The translations under genes were made by a program, and so were the position numbers. A DNA stretch of 64,000 bases from Hemiscyllium ocellatum (lineage: Eukaryota): the NCBI RefSeq assembly GCF_020745735.1, contig NC_083424.1, positions 2,466,999-2,530,998 of the forward strand, given 5' to 3'. This document shows positions 62,850 through 64,000 of the stretch, piece by piece (the stretch's first letter is position 1; every line of letters begins with the position of its first letter). A model generated the notes under the pieces. It saw only the letters and a program-made list of their open reading frames with translations, made no database searches and had not been told where the DNA came from.

Positions 62850-63940
62850 ATAGTCATAGAGATATACAGCACAGAAACAGACCCTTCGGTCCAACTCATC
62901 CATGCCGACCAGATATCCCAACCCAATCTAATCCAACCCTGCCAGCACCTGTCCCATATCCCTCCAAACCCTTCCTATTCATATACCCATCCAGATGCCG
63001 TTTAAATGTTGCAATTGTATTAGCCTCCACCACTTCCTCTGGCAGCTCATTCCATGCACGTACCACGCTCTGTTTTTTTGAAAGTTGCCACTTTTTAATA
63101 TCTTCCTCTCTCACCCTGAACCTATGCCCTCTACTTCTGGACTCCCCTACCCTAGGGAAAAGATTTTGTCTATTTATCCTATCTATGCCCATCATGATCT
63201 TATAAATCTTTTATAAGGGGTCATCCCTCAGCCTCTGACACTCCAGGGAAAACAGCCCCAGCCTGTTCAGCCTCTCCCTGTAGCTCAAATCCTCCAACCC
63301 TGGCAACATCCTTGTAAATCTTTCCTGAACCCTTTCAAGTTTCACAACATCTTTCCAAAACGAAGGAGACCAGAATTGCAGATAATATTCCAACAGCGGC
63401 TTAACCAATGTCCTGTACAGCCGCAACATGACCTCCCAGTACTCAATACTCTGACCAATAAAGGAAAGCATACCAGGCGCCGCCTTCACTATCCTATCTA
63501 CCTGCAACTCAACTGTTCAAGGACCAATGAACCTGCACTCCAATATCTCTCTGTTCAGCAGCACTCCCTAAGACGTTACAATTAAGTGTATAAGTCCTGT
63601 TAAGATTTGCCAAAATGCAAATCCTGCCAAAATGCAGCACCTCACATTTACCTAAATTAAATTCCATTTGCCACTTCTCAGCCCATTGGCCCATTTGATC
63701 AAGATCCCATTGTAATCTGAGGTAACCTTTATTGCTGTCCACTACACCTCCGATCTTGGTGTCATCTGCAAACCTACTAACTATACCTCTTGTGCTCAAA
63801 TCCAAATCATTTATATAAATGATGAAAAATATTGGACCCAGCATAGATCCTTGTGGCACTCCACTGGTCACTAGCCTCCAGTCTGAAAAACAACCCTCCA
63901 CCACCCTTCTGTTTGAGCCAGTTCTGTATCCACATGGTGA
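62850..63940 (-). mobile_element. CR1/HER1-type LINE 3' portion
   Basis: SGVPQGSMLGP...FADDTKIGG...LEYYLQFWSP and 3' UTR. Confidence 0.92.
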
Positions 63941-64000
63941 GTTCTGTCTGTGTTCCATGATGGAATATATTCCCCAATCACCTGAATAGATGGTTGTCAG

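Overview
Repeat-rich vertebrate genomic DNA, almost certainly from a shark or other elasmobranch (HE1 V-SINEs, CR1/HER1-type LINEs, Deu-type SINE remnants). Three host genes can be read by hand. (1) The first coding exon of OGFOD2 on the minus strand (ATG 1593). (2) A complete 8-exon domesticated Gypsy/GIN-type integrase gene, GIN2-like (14038-24251, 403 aa), with an intact HHCC finger but the DDE triad changed to N/N/D. It has a second, paralogous candidate first coding exon at 1775-1943, in a CpG island shared head-to-head with OGFOD2. (3) PIWIL1, from its promoter (~33.8-34.2 kb) through 12 coding exons (34859-60553), continuing beyond the window. Between the two GIN2 first exons lies a nested stack: a CR1 LINE split by a decayed Gmr1-like LTR element (integrase before RT), which itself carries a solo-LTR-like insert and a Penelope element. 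PIWIL1 introns hold a full-length antisense L1 and a TSD-flanked 5S rRNA retrocopy. Many short Penelope-derived palindromic insertions are scattered through the window; their inversion points fall on a minimal hammerhead-ribozyme motif. Gene identities rest on recalled protein motifs and splice-phase consistency, not on a database search.
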